DNA of 63,169 bases from Bacteroidales bacterium (GTDB taxonomy: Bacteria > Bacteroidota > Bacteroidia > Bacteroidales > UBA7960), in contig PUOJ01000123.1 in NCBI GenBank assembly GCA_003552075.1, positions 1 to 63,169 of the forward strand, written 5' to 3'. The translations under genes and the position numbers were made by a program. This document shows positions 31,212 through 40,784 of the stretch, one piece after another (the stretch's first letter is position 1; each line of letters opens with the position of its first letter). The notes under the pieces were generated by a model, which worked only from the letters and a program-made list of their open reading frames with translations, ran no database searches and was not told the DNA's origin.

Positions 31212-31871
31212 ATGAGAAAAGGTTTTTACCGGCTGTTTATCCTGGGATCCGCTGTGTTCATGCTGGCACTGCTGATGGCTGAGACCGGCCTCGGAGAGGA
31301 ACGCCAGCGGCGCCGGGTGGTACAGTTTACCGGTCTGCTGCTTACCAGTGACAGTCTGAAGCCCTTGCCGCATGCATCGGTGTGGGTGAAGCACACGGCC
31401 CGGGGAACAACAACCGATCATTATGGATTCTTCTCCATCCCGGTCTTTCAGGACGACACCCTGCGTTTTTCTTCTGTAGGCTATCTGGATACGTACTATA
31501 CCGTTCCCGACACCCTGACCAAATCACGGTATTCTGCTGTGCAGATGATGACCAGGGACACCATACACCTGGCAGAAACCGTTATATACCCCTGGCCGAC
31601 AAGGCAGCAGTTCAGACATGCCTTCATTCATGCGGATGTGCCTTCCGACGACTATGACAGGGCGATGCGAAACCTGGCACATGCAGAGATGCGCGAAAGA
31701 TTTGAAAACATGCCCATGGACGGCTCCATGAACTTCAGGGCGCACGTGCAGCAACAAGCCGACAGGATGTATTATGCCGGACAGTCGCCACCCATCCGGT
31801 TATTCAATCCCTTTGCCTGGGCTGAATTCATTCAGGCCTGGAGAGAAGGAAGATTCCGACGGGATGATTGA
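31212..31871 (+). CDS. CarboxypepD_reg-like domain protein
   Basis: N-terminal signal/TM, then VVQFTGLLLTSDSLKPLPHASVWVKHTARGTTTDHYGFFSIPV, a beta-sandwich pattern. Confidence 0.65.
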   Translation: MRKGFYRLFILGSAVFMLALLMAETGLGEERQRRRVVQFTGLLLTSDSLKPLPHASVWVKHTARGTTTDHYGFFSIPVFQDDTLRFSSVGYLDTYYTVPDTLTKSRYSAVQMMTRDTIHLAETVIYPWPTRQQFRHAFIHADVPSDDYDRAMRNLAHAEMRERFENMPMDGSMNFRAHVQQQADRMYYAGQSPPIRLFNPFAWAEFIQAWREGRFRRDD

Positions 31872-31983
31872 GTTCCGGGCAATATTTTTCCCTTCCTTTT
31901 GTTATTTTATATAGGCCATTTTAATTATTATTCCGCATCTTTGCCGGAATATTACACGTACATATAAAGATTATTGACGCCCC

Positions 31984-34428
31984 GTGAAGCGCATATACTT
32001 CTTAGCAACCATCCCTTTCCTGTTTCTTGCCATGCAGTCCTGGGGGCAGGCGGCTCTCATTAAAGGCCACCTTAAAGACAGCCAGGACGAGCCGATGCAG
32101 TTTGTAAATATTGCGGTGCGTGAAATACCTGCAGGCACTACGACCGATGAGAAAGGCTTTTTTGAATTGCGCATTCCGGCCGGGGAAGAGCTTACCATCG
32201 TGGTTTCACACCTCGGGTTCAAGCCTGAAGAGCTTCCTGTCAGGCTCGAACCGGGACAAGAGAAGGAGGTCACCATCATCCTGGAACCCCTGGTCACTGC
32301 GCTGCCCGATGTGGAAGTCAGAGACCGGCAAGTGCTCAGCACCGACGTAACCAGGATCGACCCCAGCCTCACTGCTGCCCTGCCGGGACCAAGCGCCAGC
32401 ATAGAACGCCTGATCCAGACCCTCCCGGGTGTAGCCACCGCATCAGAACTTTCTGCACAATATTCTGTAAGAGGCGGCAGCTACGACGAAAATCTCATCT
32501 ATGTAAATGGCATAGAGATTTACAGGCCTTTCCTTGTAAGGGCTGGCCAGCAGGAGGGCCTGAGTTTTCTTAACCCCGACATGGTTTCAGAGATCAGTTT
32601 CTCTGCTGGTGGCTTCAATGCACAATACGGCGACAAAATGGCATCCGTACTTGACATCAGCTACAAGGAGCCAGACGCATTTGGCGGGTCCTTCTCTCTG
32701 AGCCTGCTTGAAGGATCCCTTCACCTGGAAGGCATATCTGAAAACAACCGCTTCTCTTACCTGGTGGGGCTGCGCTACAAGTCCAATCAATATCTTCTTG
32801 GCACGCTGGATACGCAAGGAGACTATAGTCCATCCTTCTCCGACATCCAGGCCCTGCTGCGCTATCGTTTATCCGACGACCTCATGCTCAGCTTCCTGGG
32901 CAATTTTAACGACAACCACTATCAGTTTGAGCCGGAAGTGCAGCGCACAAGGTTTGGCACCATCATGGACGTGCGTGAATTTACAGTATATTTTGACGGC
33001 CGCGAAACCAACCGTTTTACTACCAGCACCGCCGCCCTTTCGCTGGATTTTCAGCCCCATGATGACTTCTCAATGCAGCTTACCAGCAGCATTTTCCAGT
33101 CGGATGAACGGGAAAACTTTGACGTGTTGGGCCAATATTTGCTGCAAAGGGTCGAAACAGACCTGGGCGAGGATGACTTTGGGCAGCCTACCGGAGAGCC
33201 CCTGGGAGTTGGCAGCTTTTTGAACCATGCCCGCAACTACCTCAATGCCATTGTGTGGAATGCAGAAACCAAAGGACGATGGAATATCGACAAGCATGAA
33301 TTACGCTGGGGCCTGAAATTTCAGCATGAGGATATCTATGACAGGCTGAATGAATGGAACCTGATCGATTCCGCCGGTTACTCCCTGCCCCGGCAACCAA
33401 ACCATACCATTCTCCTTCAGGACACCCTGAATACACAGATCAACATGCAATCGAATCGCCTCACAGGATTTCTGCAAAACACCTGGGAGTTTACAAGGCC
33501 GCATGGCAGGTTCGCACTCACTGCAGGCGTAAGGGCCAATTACTGGGATTTCAATGAACAATTGGTGGTCAGCCCCCGGTCTACCATGCTATACAAGCCC
33601 GGGTGGGCCGAAAGATGGACTTTCCGTGCTTCAGCAGGATATTTTCATCAGCCACCTTTCTACAGGGAGCTCAGAGACATGCAGGGACAACTTAACCAGG
33701 AAATCCGTGCACAGGAGTCCATTCACCTGGTCCTGGGATCCTCTTACCATTTTACCGCCTGGGAGCGTCCCTTTAAATACACCACCGAGATATACTACAA
33801 ATACCTCAACGAGCTCATCCCTTATCAGCTTGATAACGTGCGCATCAGGTATTATGCCGACAACATCGCTGACGGGTATGCTGCAGGGCTGGACATGAAA
33901 ATCCATGGAGAATTCGTACCTGGTGTAGACTCCTGGGCCTCCCTGTCCGTGATGCAGGCCCGTGAAAATATTGAAGGCGCATACATCATCAACAGGGATG
34001 GCGAGGAAGAACCTGCCGGACATATCCCCCGGCCTACCGATCAACGCTTCAACTTCAGCATGTTCTTCCAGGACTTCCTGCCCAGGAACCCCAGCTACCA
34101 GGTACAACTGGGCTTCTTTTACAGCTCCGGAATGCCCTTCTGGCCGCCCAGGGAAGACCTGAATGTCACCTACGGACGAATGCCTTCTTACCAAAGGGTT
34201 GATATTGGCTTCTCCAAACAATTGATCGGAGAGGAAAGCCGGTTTGCCGCAGACAACCCGCTTCGGCATGTTGACAGCATGTGGCTTACCGCCGAGATTT
34301 TTAACCTGCTCGAAATCAACAACACCATTTCCTATTCATGGGTAAAGGACGTGGAGAACCAAATGTTTGCCATACCCAATTACCTGACTTCCCGGCTACT
34401 CAACCTAAAACTGATTGCCCGGTTCTAG
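31984..34428 (+). CDS. TonB-dependent receptor
   Basis: Signal peptide on a GTG start (MKRIYFLATIPFLFLAMQSWGQA), a CarboxypepD_reg-like N-domain, a plug (VRGGSYDENLIYVNGIEIYRP), and a long beta-barrel ending ...LKLIARF. Confidence 0.85.
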   Translation: MKRIYFLATIPFLFLAMQSWGQAALIKGHLKDSQDEPMQFVNIAVREIPAGTTTDEKGFFELRIPAGEELTIVVSHLGFKPEELPVRLEPGQEKEVTIILEPLVTALPDVEVRDRQVLSTDVTRIDPSLTAALPGPSASIERLIQTLPGVATASELSAQYSVRGGSYDENLIYVNGIEIYRPFLVRAGQQEGLSFLNPDMVSEISFSAGGFNAQYGDKMASVLDISYKEPDAFGGSFSLSLLEGSLHLEGISENNRFSYLVGLRYKSNQYLLGTLDTQGDYSPSFSDIQALLRYRLSDDLMLSFLGNFNDNHYQFEPEVQRTRFGTIMDVREFTVYFDGRETNRFTTSTAALSLDFQPHDDFSMQLTSSIFQSDERENFDVLGQYLLQRVETDLGEDDFGQPTGEPLGVGSFLNHARNYLNAIVWNAETKGRWNIDKHELRWGLKFQHEDIYDRLNEWNLIDSAGYSLPRQPNHTILLQDTLNTQINMQSNRLTGFLQNTWEFTRPHGRFALTAGVRANYWDFNEQLVVSPRSTMLYKPGWAERWTFRASAGYFHQPPFYRELRDMQGQLNQEIRAQESIHLVLGSSYHFTAWERPFKYTTEIYYKYLNELIPYQLDNVRIRYYADNIADGYAAGLDMKIHGEFVPGVDSWASLSVMQARENIEGAYIINRDGEEEPAGHIPRPTDQRFNFSMFFQDFLPRNPSYQVQLGFFYSSGMPFWPPREDLNVTYGRMPSYQRVDIGFSKQLIGEESRFAADNPLRHVDSMWLTAEIFNLLEINNTISYSWVKDVENQMFAIPNYLTSRLLNLKLIARF

Positions 34429-34616
34429 CCTGCATCATGAATCATACAGGTTCGCATCCTGCCTTTTTGTCATTTATCTGACACAATCAAGCTTTTTCCA
34501 CCCCCAAACAGGTGCCATAATTTCAAAAAATGGGCGTGAAGTTGTATTGGCATAATCATTGACACCTCTTTAGCCAGAAAATTAATCAGAAACTGCACAT
34601 CAAAAAAACATACACA

Positions 34617-36551
34617 ATGGGTAAAATTATTGGTATTGACTTAGGTACGACCAACTCCTGCGTTTCGGTGATGGAAGGAAACGAACCCGTGGTGATCCCT
34701 AACAGTGAAGGGCGTCGCACCACTCCATCGATTGTAGCTTTCACCGAAAACGGAGAACGAAAGGTTGGTGACCCTGCCAAACGCCAGGCGATCATCAACC
34801 CGGAAAAAACAATTTACTCGATCAAGCGTCTGATGGGGATGCCCTATGATGCCGCTTCCAACGAGCGCGACAGGGTAACCTACAACATAGAAAAAGGCGA
34901 TAACAACACCACACGTGTCAAGATCGACGACAGAATGTATACACCACAGGAGATCTCTGCCATGGTGCTTCAGAAAATGAAGAAGACGGCGGAAGATCAT
35001 CTCGGACAGGAAGTCAGCGATGCGGTGATCACCGTGCCTGCCTATTTTAACGATTCGCAGCGCCAGGCCACAAAAGAGGCCGGCGAGGTTGCCGGACTGA
35101 ATGTGCGCCGCATCATCAATGAGCCAACAGCAGCCTCCCTCGCCTATGGCCTCGACAAAAAAGACAAAGACCTGCGCATCGCCGTCTTTGACCTTGGTGG
35201 TGGTACATTCGACATTTCCATCCTTGAGCTGGGCGATGGGGTCTTTGAGGTCAAGTCGACCAACGGTGATACGCACCTTGGCGGTGATGACTTCGACGAC
35301 GTCATCATCAACTGGCTGGCAGAGGAGTTTAAGAAGGATGAAGGCATCGACCTCCGTAAAGATCCGATGGCATTGCAAAGGCTGAAGGAAGGAGCTGAAA
35401 AAGCCAAGATTGAGCTTTCCAGTGCCACCTCCACGGAGATCAACCTGCCTTACATCATGCCGGTCGACGGCGTGCCGAAACACCTCGTGCGCACCCTCAC
35501 CCGCAGCAAATTTGAACAGCTTAGCGACCACCTGATCCAGGCAACCCTGGAGCCCTGCAAGGTGGCTCTGAAAGAGGCTGGGATGCAGCCATCAGAGATC
35601 GACGAGGTGATCCTGGTCGGTGGTTCCACACGTATTCCTGCAATCCAGGATGTAGTCGAAAAATATTTCGGCCGCAAGCCTTCCAAAGGCGTAAACCCGG
35701 ATGAAGTGGTGGCCATCGGTGCAGCAATCCAGGGTGGAGTCCTCACCGGCGAGGTGAAAGACGTGCTGCTGCTGGATGTCACCCCGCTGTCGCTCGGCAT
35801 TGAAACCCTTGGTGGCGTGATGACCAAACTGATCGAAGCCAACACGACCATCCCTACCAAGAAGCAGGAGACTTTCTCTACTGCCGCTGACAACCAGACT
35901 TCGGTTGAGATCCACGTGCTACAGGGTGAAAGACCGATGGCCAACGATAACCGTACGATCGGGCGTTTCCATCTGGATGGAATTCCTCCAGCTCCCCGTG
36001 GCATGCCTCAGATTGAGGTGACCTTTGACATCGATGCCAACGGCATCCTGAACGTGTCGGCCAAGGACAAGGCTTCCGGCAAGGAGCAAAAAATCCGCAT
36101 TGAAGCGTCTTCCGGCTTAAGTGAAAACGAGATCAAGAAGATGAAGGAAGAAGCCGAAGCACATGCAGAAAGTGACCAGAAGATGAAAGAAGAGATCGAC
36201 AAGCTGAATTCGGCAGATAGCCTGATCTTCCAGACTGAGAAGCAGCTGAAGGAATTTGGCGAAAAGCTGCCCGCAGAGAAGAAAGAGCCGATTGAAAAGG
36301 CACTTGCAGACCTGAAAGAAGCACACAAGAACAAAGACCTTGCAGCGATTGATTCGAATATGGAAAAACTCAACAACGCCTGGCAGGCTGCCAGCGCGGA
36401 GATGTACCAAAATGCGCAACAGGATGCAGGTCAGCAGGCCGGTGGCCAGCAACAGGCCGGACCGGATCAAACGCAAGAGCAGGACCCGTCATCAGGGAAA
36501 AAAGATGATGACGATGACGTAACCGATGTGGATTTTGAAGAAGTGAAATAA
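34617..36551 (+). CDS. dnaK: molecular chaperone DnaK
   Basis: [29 protein letters not shown], and a C-terminal ...VDFEEVK. Confidence 0.98.
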   Translation: MGKIIGIDLGTTNSCVSVMEGNEPVVIPNSEGRRTTPSIVAFTENGERKVGDPAKRQAIINPEKTIYSIKRLMGMPYDAASNERDRVTYNIEKGDNNTTRVKIDDRMYTPQEISAMVLQKMKKTAEDHLGQEVSDAVITVPAYFNDSQRQATKEAGEVAGLNVRRIINEPTAASLAYGLDKKDKDLRIAVFDLGGGTFDISILELGDGVFEVKSTNGDTHLGGDDFDDVIINWLAEEFKKDEGIDLRKDPMALQRLKEGAEKAKIELSSATSTEINLPYIMPVDGVPKHLVRTLTRSKFEQLSDHLIQATLEPCKVALKEAGMQPSEIDEVILVGGSTRIPAIQDVVEKYFGRKPSKGVNPDEVVAIGAAIQGGVLTGEVKDVLLLDVTPLSLGIETLGGVMTKLIEANTTIPTKKQETFSTAADNQTSVEIHVLQGERPMANDNRTIGRFHLDGIPPAPRGMPQIEVTFDIDANGILNVSAKDKASGKEQKIRIEASSGLSENEIKKMKEEAEAHAESDQKMKEEIDKLNSADSLIFQTEKQLKEFGEKLPAEKKEPIEKALADLKEAHKNKDLAAIDSNMEKLNNAWQAASAEMYQNAQQDAGQQAGGQQQAGPDQTQEQDPSSGKKDDDDDVTDVDFEEVK

Positions 36552-36574
36552 TCAAAGCCACATGTTGACAATAC

Positions 36575-36609
36575 AAAAGCGAGCGGCGCATGGATGCCCG
36601 CTCGCTTTT
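36575..36609 (+). terminator. intrinsic terminator of dnaK
   Basis: AAAAGCGAGCGG ... CCGCTCGCTTTT stem with a loop of about 11 nt, 24 nt after the stop. Confidence 0.75.
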
Positions 36610-36812
36610 GCATTCTTATGCCTGTAATGGATTGGCTACCCTCGATTCCCTCGCCTGACCCATTATCCTGGGTTATATAATATGGACGGCCTGGAACAAA
36701 AATTTTCACAATATACCCCATCCCCCAGAAGATAGATCAACGCTTTGCGGGCACTGCAAGGGAAGCAGCACCACGCATACATCATTCGCCCATATCGGTC
36801 CAATAAACCATC

Positions 36813-36908
36813 GCGGAGAGGGATTGCCTCGACTTTTGACTGGCAGCGCGAATTTATTCAGCGGAGAGGGGTTGCCTCGACTTTTGACTGGCAGCGCGAA
36901 TTTATTCT
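36813..36908. repeat. 48-bp tandem direct repeat, 2 copies
   Basis: GCGGAGAGGGATTGCCTCGACTTTTGACTGGCAGCGCGAATTTATTCA (36813-36860) is repeated at 36861-36908 with 2 mismatches. It lies in the dnaK/tpx convergent spacer. Confidence 0.9.
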
Positions 36909-36980
36909 GCCGCACAGGCCTGCGAACAAAGCCCTGCCATAAACGCACCGTGCCCAAAGGAAACGGGGTTTCAAGTTAAA

Positions 36981-37493
36981 CTAAACCAGTTCTTTGGCTG
37001 CTTCAAGCGCGCTGTCATAGTCGGGGTGCTCAGAAGTTTCGTTTACAACTTCCACATATTTGACCCTGTCCTCCTTGTCGATGACCACGATGGCACGCGC
37101 CAGAATGCCATATTCCTCAATCAGCAGGCCATACTTGATCCCATAATCCCTGTCCTTTTGATCGGAAACCATCACCAGGTTGTCGATGCCTTCTGCCGCA
37201 CAAAAACGCTTTAGGGCAAAAGGCAGGTCACAGGAAATGGCAATGATCTGTACATCCTCCAACCTGGAGGCCTCAAGGTTGAATCTGCGGGTCTGCTGGG
37301 CACAGAGATCTGTATCCACACTGGGCACCGAGGAGATGACACGTACTTTTCCCTGGTAATCACTCAGGTTAAATTGTTTCAGGTCAGGGGTAAATGCCAT
37401 GAAATTTTTGGCCGGATAATCTGCCTGGATGAGTTTTCCCATCAGCGTAACCGGCTTGCCGGCAAAGCTTACTAAGCCACTATTTCTTTTCAT
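36981..37493 (-). CDS. tpx: thiol peroxidase
   Basis: ...VISSVPSVDTDLCAQQTRRFN...IIAISCDLPFALKRFCAAEGI... is the Tpx pattern with peroxidatic and resolving Cys. The start is set at MKRNSGL (37493). Confidence 0.9.
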   Translation of the reverse strand: MKRNSGLVSFAGKPVTLMGKLIQADYPAKNFMAFTPDLKQFNLSDYQGKVRVISSVPSVDTDLCAQQTRRFNLEASRLEDVQIIAISCDLPFALKRFCAAEGIDNLVMVSDQKDRDYGIKYGLLIEEYGILARAIVVIDKEDRVKYVEVVNETSEHPDYDSALEAAKELV

Positions 37494-37707
37494 TGTTTGC
37501 GCTTTTCGGTGGTTCACACTTTGAGGGCTCCTCAGCGGGCAGGCATGCAAGAGAGGGCACAAGGAGCCCCAAGAGCCTTTTGATAAAGGCTTTTTGTTTT
37601 ATCATGAAAAGAAACAAGTTCAGTCAGTCAATTGTTTAGCGGGGAGCTGTCGCTTGAAAGTCAATACCTGCATGCACAGCATATCATGGCCATGTCTGTT
37701 CAACAAG

Positions 37708-38256
37708 TCATTTTTTCCTGTCGAAGAAAGGGTTTTTTGAGGATGCGCTCAGTGGAAATCCATATATAATCTTCACATCCTTGCCCAGTATGGCCATTTG
37801 TTGTGCTGCCACGCCAATGGTATACATGATGCGATTGTCGATGCGCCCATCCATGGCCACTGCGGCGGCCGAGCCGATGGCAATTCCCAGGTCACCGGTG
37901 TTAAAGGCACAGGGGATCTCTGGTTCCTGATCCTTGGCTTCGCAATCTGAAAACCCGCATAAGCCACACGTTTTCAGCCCGAGCGACCTGATTCGCGTAC
38001 CCATAAGGACAACCACCCGGGCAGCATGCATGACGTTATCCGCATCACGCAGAAAGATGGGGTTGTCTTCTTTCTTACCTATTTGTTCCATGGTCTTAGC
38101 CAATGCCTGAATATCAGAACCGGTGAGTATCGACATGGAAAGCGTATTGACTCCCCTGGCCTTGGGGGCGGTTCTTGCAGCAATGATCATTCTTTTGGCC
38201 ACATTGAGCACGGCATCCTGGCGCAATTCATTTTCATTGATAATAGCCATAATCAC
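37708..38256 (-). CDS. DUF2148-like (ferredoxin-domain) protein
   Basis: 182 aa, ...AARTAPKARGV...CGLCGFSDC...; assigned from memory of the DUF2148 pattern. Confidence 0.6.
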   Translation of the reverse strand: MIMAIINENELRQDAVLNVAKRMIIAARTAPKARGVNTLSMSILTGSDIQALAKTMEQIGKKEDNPIFLRDADNVMHAARVVVLMGTRIRSLGLKTCGLCGFSDCEAKDQEPEIPCAFNTGDLGIAIGSAAAVAMDGRIDNRIMYTIGVAAQQMAILGKDVKIIYGFPLSASSKNPFFDRKK

Positions 38257-38294
38257 AGATTTAAAATCGTCTGAAAAAATTATCCGAAAAATAC

Positions 38295-38318
38295 AAAAAA
38301 ACCCGGCAGATTGCCGGG
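38295..38318 (-). terminator. intrinsic terminator of the DnaB_C-only gene
   Basis: On the minus strand: CCCGGCA-ATC-TGCCGGG followed by TTTTTTT. It begins 6 nt after the stop at 38325. Confidence 0.85.
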
Positions 38319-38324
38319 TTTGAT

Positions 38325-39224
38325 TTACACAGGGTCGGCAAATTTTGCCGTGCTTTCAATAAACTGCAAGGAGACAGCCTTTTCATCACCTGGTGTTTGC
38401 ATATCTGAAACAAACAGGTCGATCAGGTTGCTTCCGGATTTCTTTTTCTCGCCGGGCAACATATACTTCCGGTGCAAGAACATCAATACATCGGTATGCT
38501 CCTTTAGAAATGCAGGAAGCATTTGCATGGGTGCACTTTCTCCGTTCAGGTTGCCATTGATGTGTCCTGCAGACTGCGAAAAAAGCAATACCGGGACCTG
38601 CAGCTTGGCTGCAATGGCCCTGATGTTTTCCATGATTTGCGCGTAGTGGGCAGGGAGGTCCTCCTGATTTTGCTGGCTGTTATTCAGCAGCTCCAGGTAG
38701 TCGATGATCACCAGGTCAGGTTGCTCTAAATTGCATAGATGCTGCAAACTTTTGGCAAAAGTGCCGATGCTCAGTCCACGTGTGTCATCAATGAAGATCC
38801 GGGCTTTGGCAATATTGCTCAGGAGAGATAACATATGGTCCTTCTCGCTGGGCTTCAAATCACCGGATTGTAGCTTATGCACCGACATCCCCGTTTCACT
38901 TTCAATAAGGCGCCTGGTCATCTTCACATCTGAACGCTCGGAAGAGAAAATTGCTACAGTGTGGTCATTTTTGACGGCCATGTTATTGGCAAGGGACAAT
39001 AGAAAAGCGGTTTTACCCATGCCTGGTTTAACCGCTAAAGTATACATCCTGCCTTTCTGAAATCCGCCCAAAACCTCATCCAGTTTTTTAAACCCAGATG
39101 GGATGCCCGTTGTCGTTCCGGAGGGCTCCAATTTTTCGTTCAGGGTTTGGTTTACCAGCTCACGAATACTGGTAAACCGAAAACCCTCTGGCTGCTCTGT
39201 GACTTCCAATGTGTTAAGTTCCAT
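38325..39224 (-). CDS. DnaB-like helicase, C-terminal (RecA-fold) domain only
   Basis: 299 aa that align by eye to aa ~180-480 of the window's own DnaB: GIPSGF, Walker A VKPGMGKTAF, FSSERS, Walker B LVIIDYLELL. The ~165-aa N-terminal domain and the RESG arginine-finger region are missing. Confidence 0.8.
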   Translation of the reverse strand: MELNTLEVTEQPEGFRFTSIRELVNQTLNEKLEPSGTTTGIPSGFKKLDEVLGGFQKGRMYTLAVKPGMGKTAFLLSLANNMAVKNDHTVAIFSSERSDVKMTRRLIESETGMSVHKLQSGDLKPSEKDHMLSLLSNIAKARIFIDDTRGLSIGTFAKSLQHLCNLEQPDLVIIDYLELLNNSQQNQEDLPAHYAQIMENIRAIAAKLQVPVLLFSQSAGHINGNLNGESAPMQMLPAFLKEHTDVLMFLHRKYMLPGEKKKSGSNLIDLFVSDMQTPGDEKAVSLQFIESTAKFADPV

Positions 39225-39413
39225 ATAGCATGCATTTTATGATTGAACCATTTATTTTCAACATGACCATGCACTGATATTCCACCGGGGATATACCAAT
39301 GCTTAGCAAGCCCCATTTAAGGCATGACAATATAAGGAATTTTTTTAAATCTGCCAAAGGGTGAACTTTTTATGAAAACGAATGTTAGAACGATGTATTA
39401 AAACATATTTTAT

Positions 39414-40295
39414 ATGACACGCTACTCCATCAACGACCTTGAAAAGCTCAGCGGCATCAAGGCCCATACCATCAGGATGTGGGAGAAGCGTTACCATATT
39501 ATTGAGCCCAAAAGAACGGATACCAACATCAGGTACTATCATGATTGTGACCTGAAAAAGCTGCTGAACATCAGCACCCTCAACCGGCATGGTTTTAAAA
39601 TATCCACCATTGCCGGCATGGATGAAGCTGAAATCCATGATAAAGTCATGGAAATAACCGGCACCAACGGGGATCATGAAACCACAATCAACAACCTGGT
39701 GGTTGCGATGATCGAGTTCGATGAAGATGCATTTGAGAAGATATTGAACACCGCCATCCTGCAGCTTGGATTCGAGCATTGCGTGACCCATATCCTCTAT
39801 CCTTTCCTGGAAAAAGTGGGGATTTTGTGGCTCATTGGTACGATAAACCCTGCCCAGGAACATTTTATCACTTACCTGATCAGGCAAAAGCTCATTATTG
39901 CCATCGACGGGCAGCCTAAACCATCCTCACCTGATGCACGCACTTTTCTGCTGTATCTGCCGGAAAATGAGCTCCACGAACTTGGATTGCTTTTTTACAG
40001 CTTCCTGTTGAAGAAAAACGGATTCAAGATCATCTATCTTGGCCAGTCCGTACCCTTCGACGACCTCCTCAAGGTGGTCAATGTACGCAACACCGACTAT
40101 CTCTTCACATATCTCATAGCCGCCATCAGCCAACGCGATCTCCCGGATTACCTCCAAAAGCTCGGAGAAACCTTCCCGGACAAGAAAATTTTTGTCACAG
40201 GCAACCAGGCCCACACCAACGAGGTCCCCTTTCCCAAAAATGTCATCCCGGTACAAGACGCTGAGCAGTTTAAAAATATGCTGCAGGACCTGTAA
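39414..40295 (+). CDS. MerR-family regulator with cobalamin-binding domain (CarH/LitR-like)
   Basis: N-terminal MerR HTH YSINDLEKLSGIKAHTIRMWEKRY, a middle helical domain (ILWLIGTINPAQEHF), and a C-terminal B12-binding Rossmann motif ELHELG (ExHxxG) ...TYL...VTG. Confidence 0.8.
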   Translation: MTRYSINDLEKLSGIKAHTIRMWEKRYHIIEPKRTDTNIRYYHDCDLKKLLNISTLNRHGFKISTIAGMDEAEIHDKVMEITGTNGDHETTINNLVVAMIEFDEDAFEKILNTAILQLGFEHCVTHILYPFLEKVGILWLIGTINPAQEHFITYLIRQKLIIAIDGQPKPSSPDARTFLLYLPENELHELGLLFYSFLLKKNGFKIIYLGQSVPFDDLLKVVNVRNTDYLFTYLIAAISQRDLPDYLQKLGETFPDKKIFVTGNQAHTNEVPFPKNVIPVQDAEQFKNMLQDL

Positions 40296-40413
40296 AGGCC
40301 AGGTGCGGACAGCCCAAGTGCTGCCCCAGCTGGTTTCATACACCCCATGAAGGGCTGCCAGGCCCATCAGGCAATTTTTGTTCCTTACCCGATCGATCAT
40401 CGGCGCAAGTTTC

Positions 40414-40497
40414 TTCTTACTTCTTACTTCCTGCTTCCTACTTCTTACTTCCTACTTCCTACTTCCTACTTCCTACTTCCTACTTCTTACTTCCTTC
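40414..40497. repeat. heptanucleotide tandem array (TTCYTAC) x12
   Basis: Twelve contiguous 7-mers: TTCTTAC x2, TTCCTGC, TTCCTAC, TTCTTAC, TTCCTAC x5, TTCTTAC, TTCCTTC. There is no complementary arm nearby. Confidence 0.95.
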
Positions 40498-40718
40498 TTG
40501 CCTCCGTGGGAATTTTCTCCGCCTTCGGGGAAAGTCTTTTTTTGTTTATTTAAAAAAACCAACTTGACAAACAATGATTCTTATGTTTTAACAATAATTA
40601 AACACACAACATATTGATTTTTGCATTTTATTGCTTAATTTTATGTCGCAAATGAGGATTTAAACCCAACGAAACGCGCTTTTTGCTCAACCTATTTTGT
40701 TAAAAAAATTTAAAGCGC

Positions 40719-40748
40719 TTGCACACTAAAAATTTTTGTTTAATTTTG
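40719..40748 (+). promoter_or_regulatory. candidate Bacteroidota-type promoter of the sigma factor gene
   Basis: TTG (40719-40721), a 19-nt spacer, then TAATTTTG (40741-40748), which matches TAnnTTTG. It ends 37 nt before the ATG. Confidence 0.35.
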
Positions 40749-40784
40749 CTTATAGATTATTAAACACAAAAAACCACAACCGTC

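Noticed and set aside
36813-36908. CRISPR array (48-bp repeat here; heptamer arrays at 40414-40497 and in the hairpins)
   Set aside because: The 48-bp units are directly adjacent with no spacers and only two copies. The heptamer arrays are far too short-period. No cas genes are in the window.
37574-37596. Terminator-like hairpin GCCTTT-TGAT-AAAGGC followed by TTTTT on the plus strand
   Set aside because: No plus-strand gene ends nearby, since both neighbours are on the minus strand. On the minus strand it has no U-tract. It may be part of the tpx leader, but I cannot assign a function.
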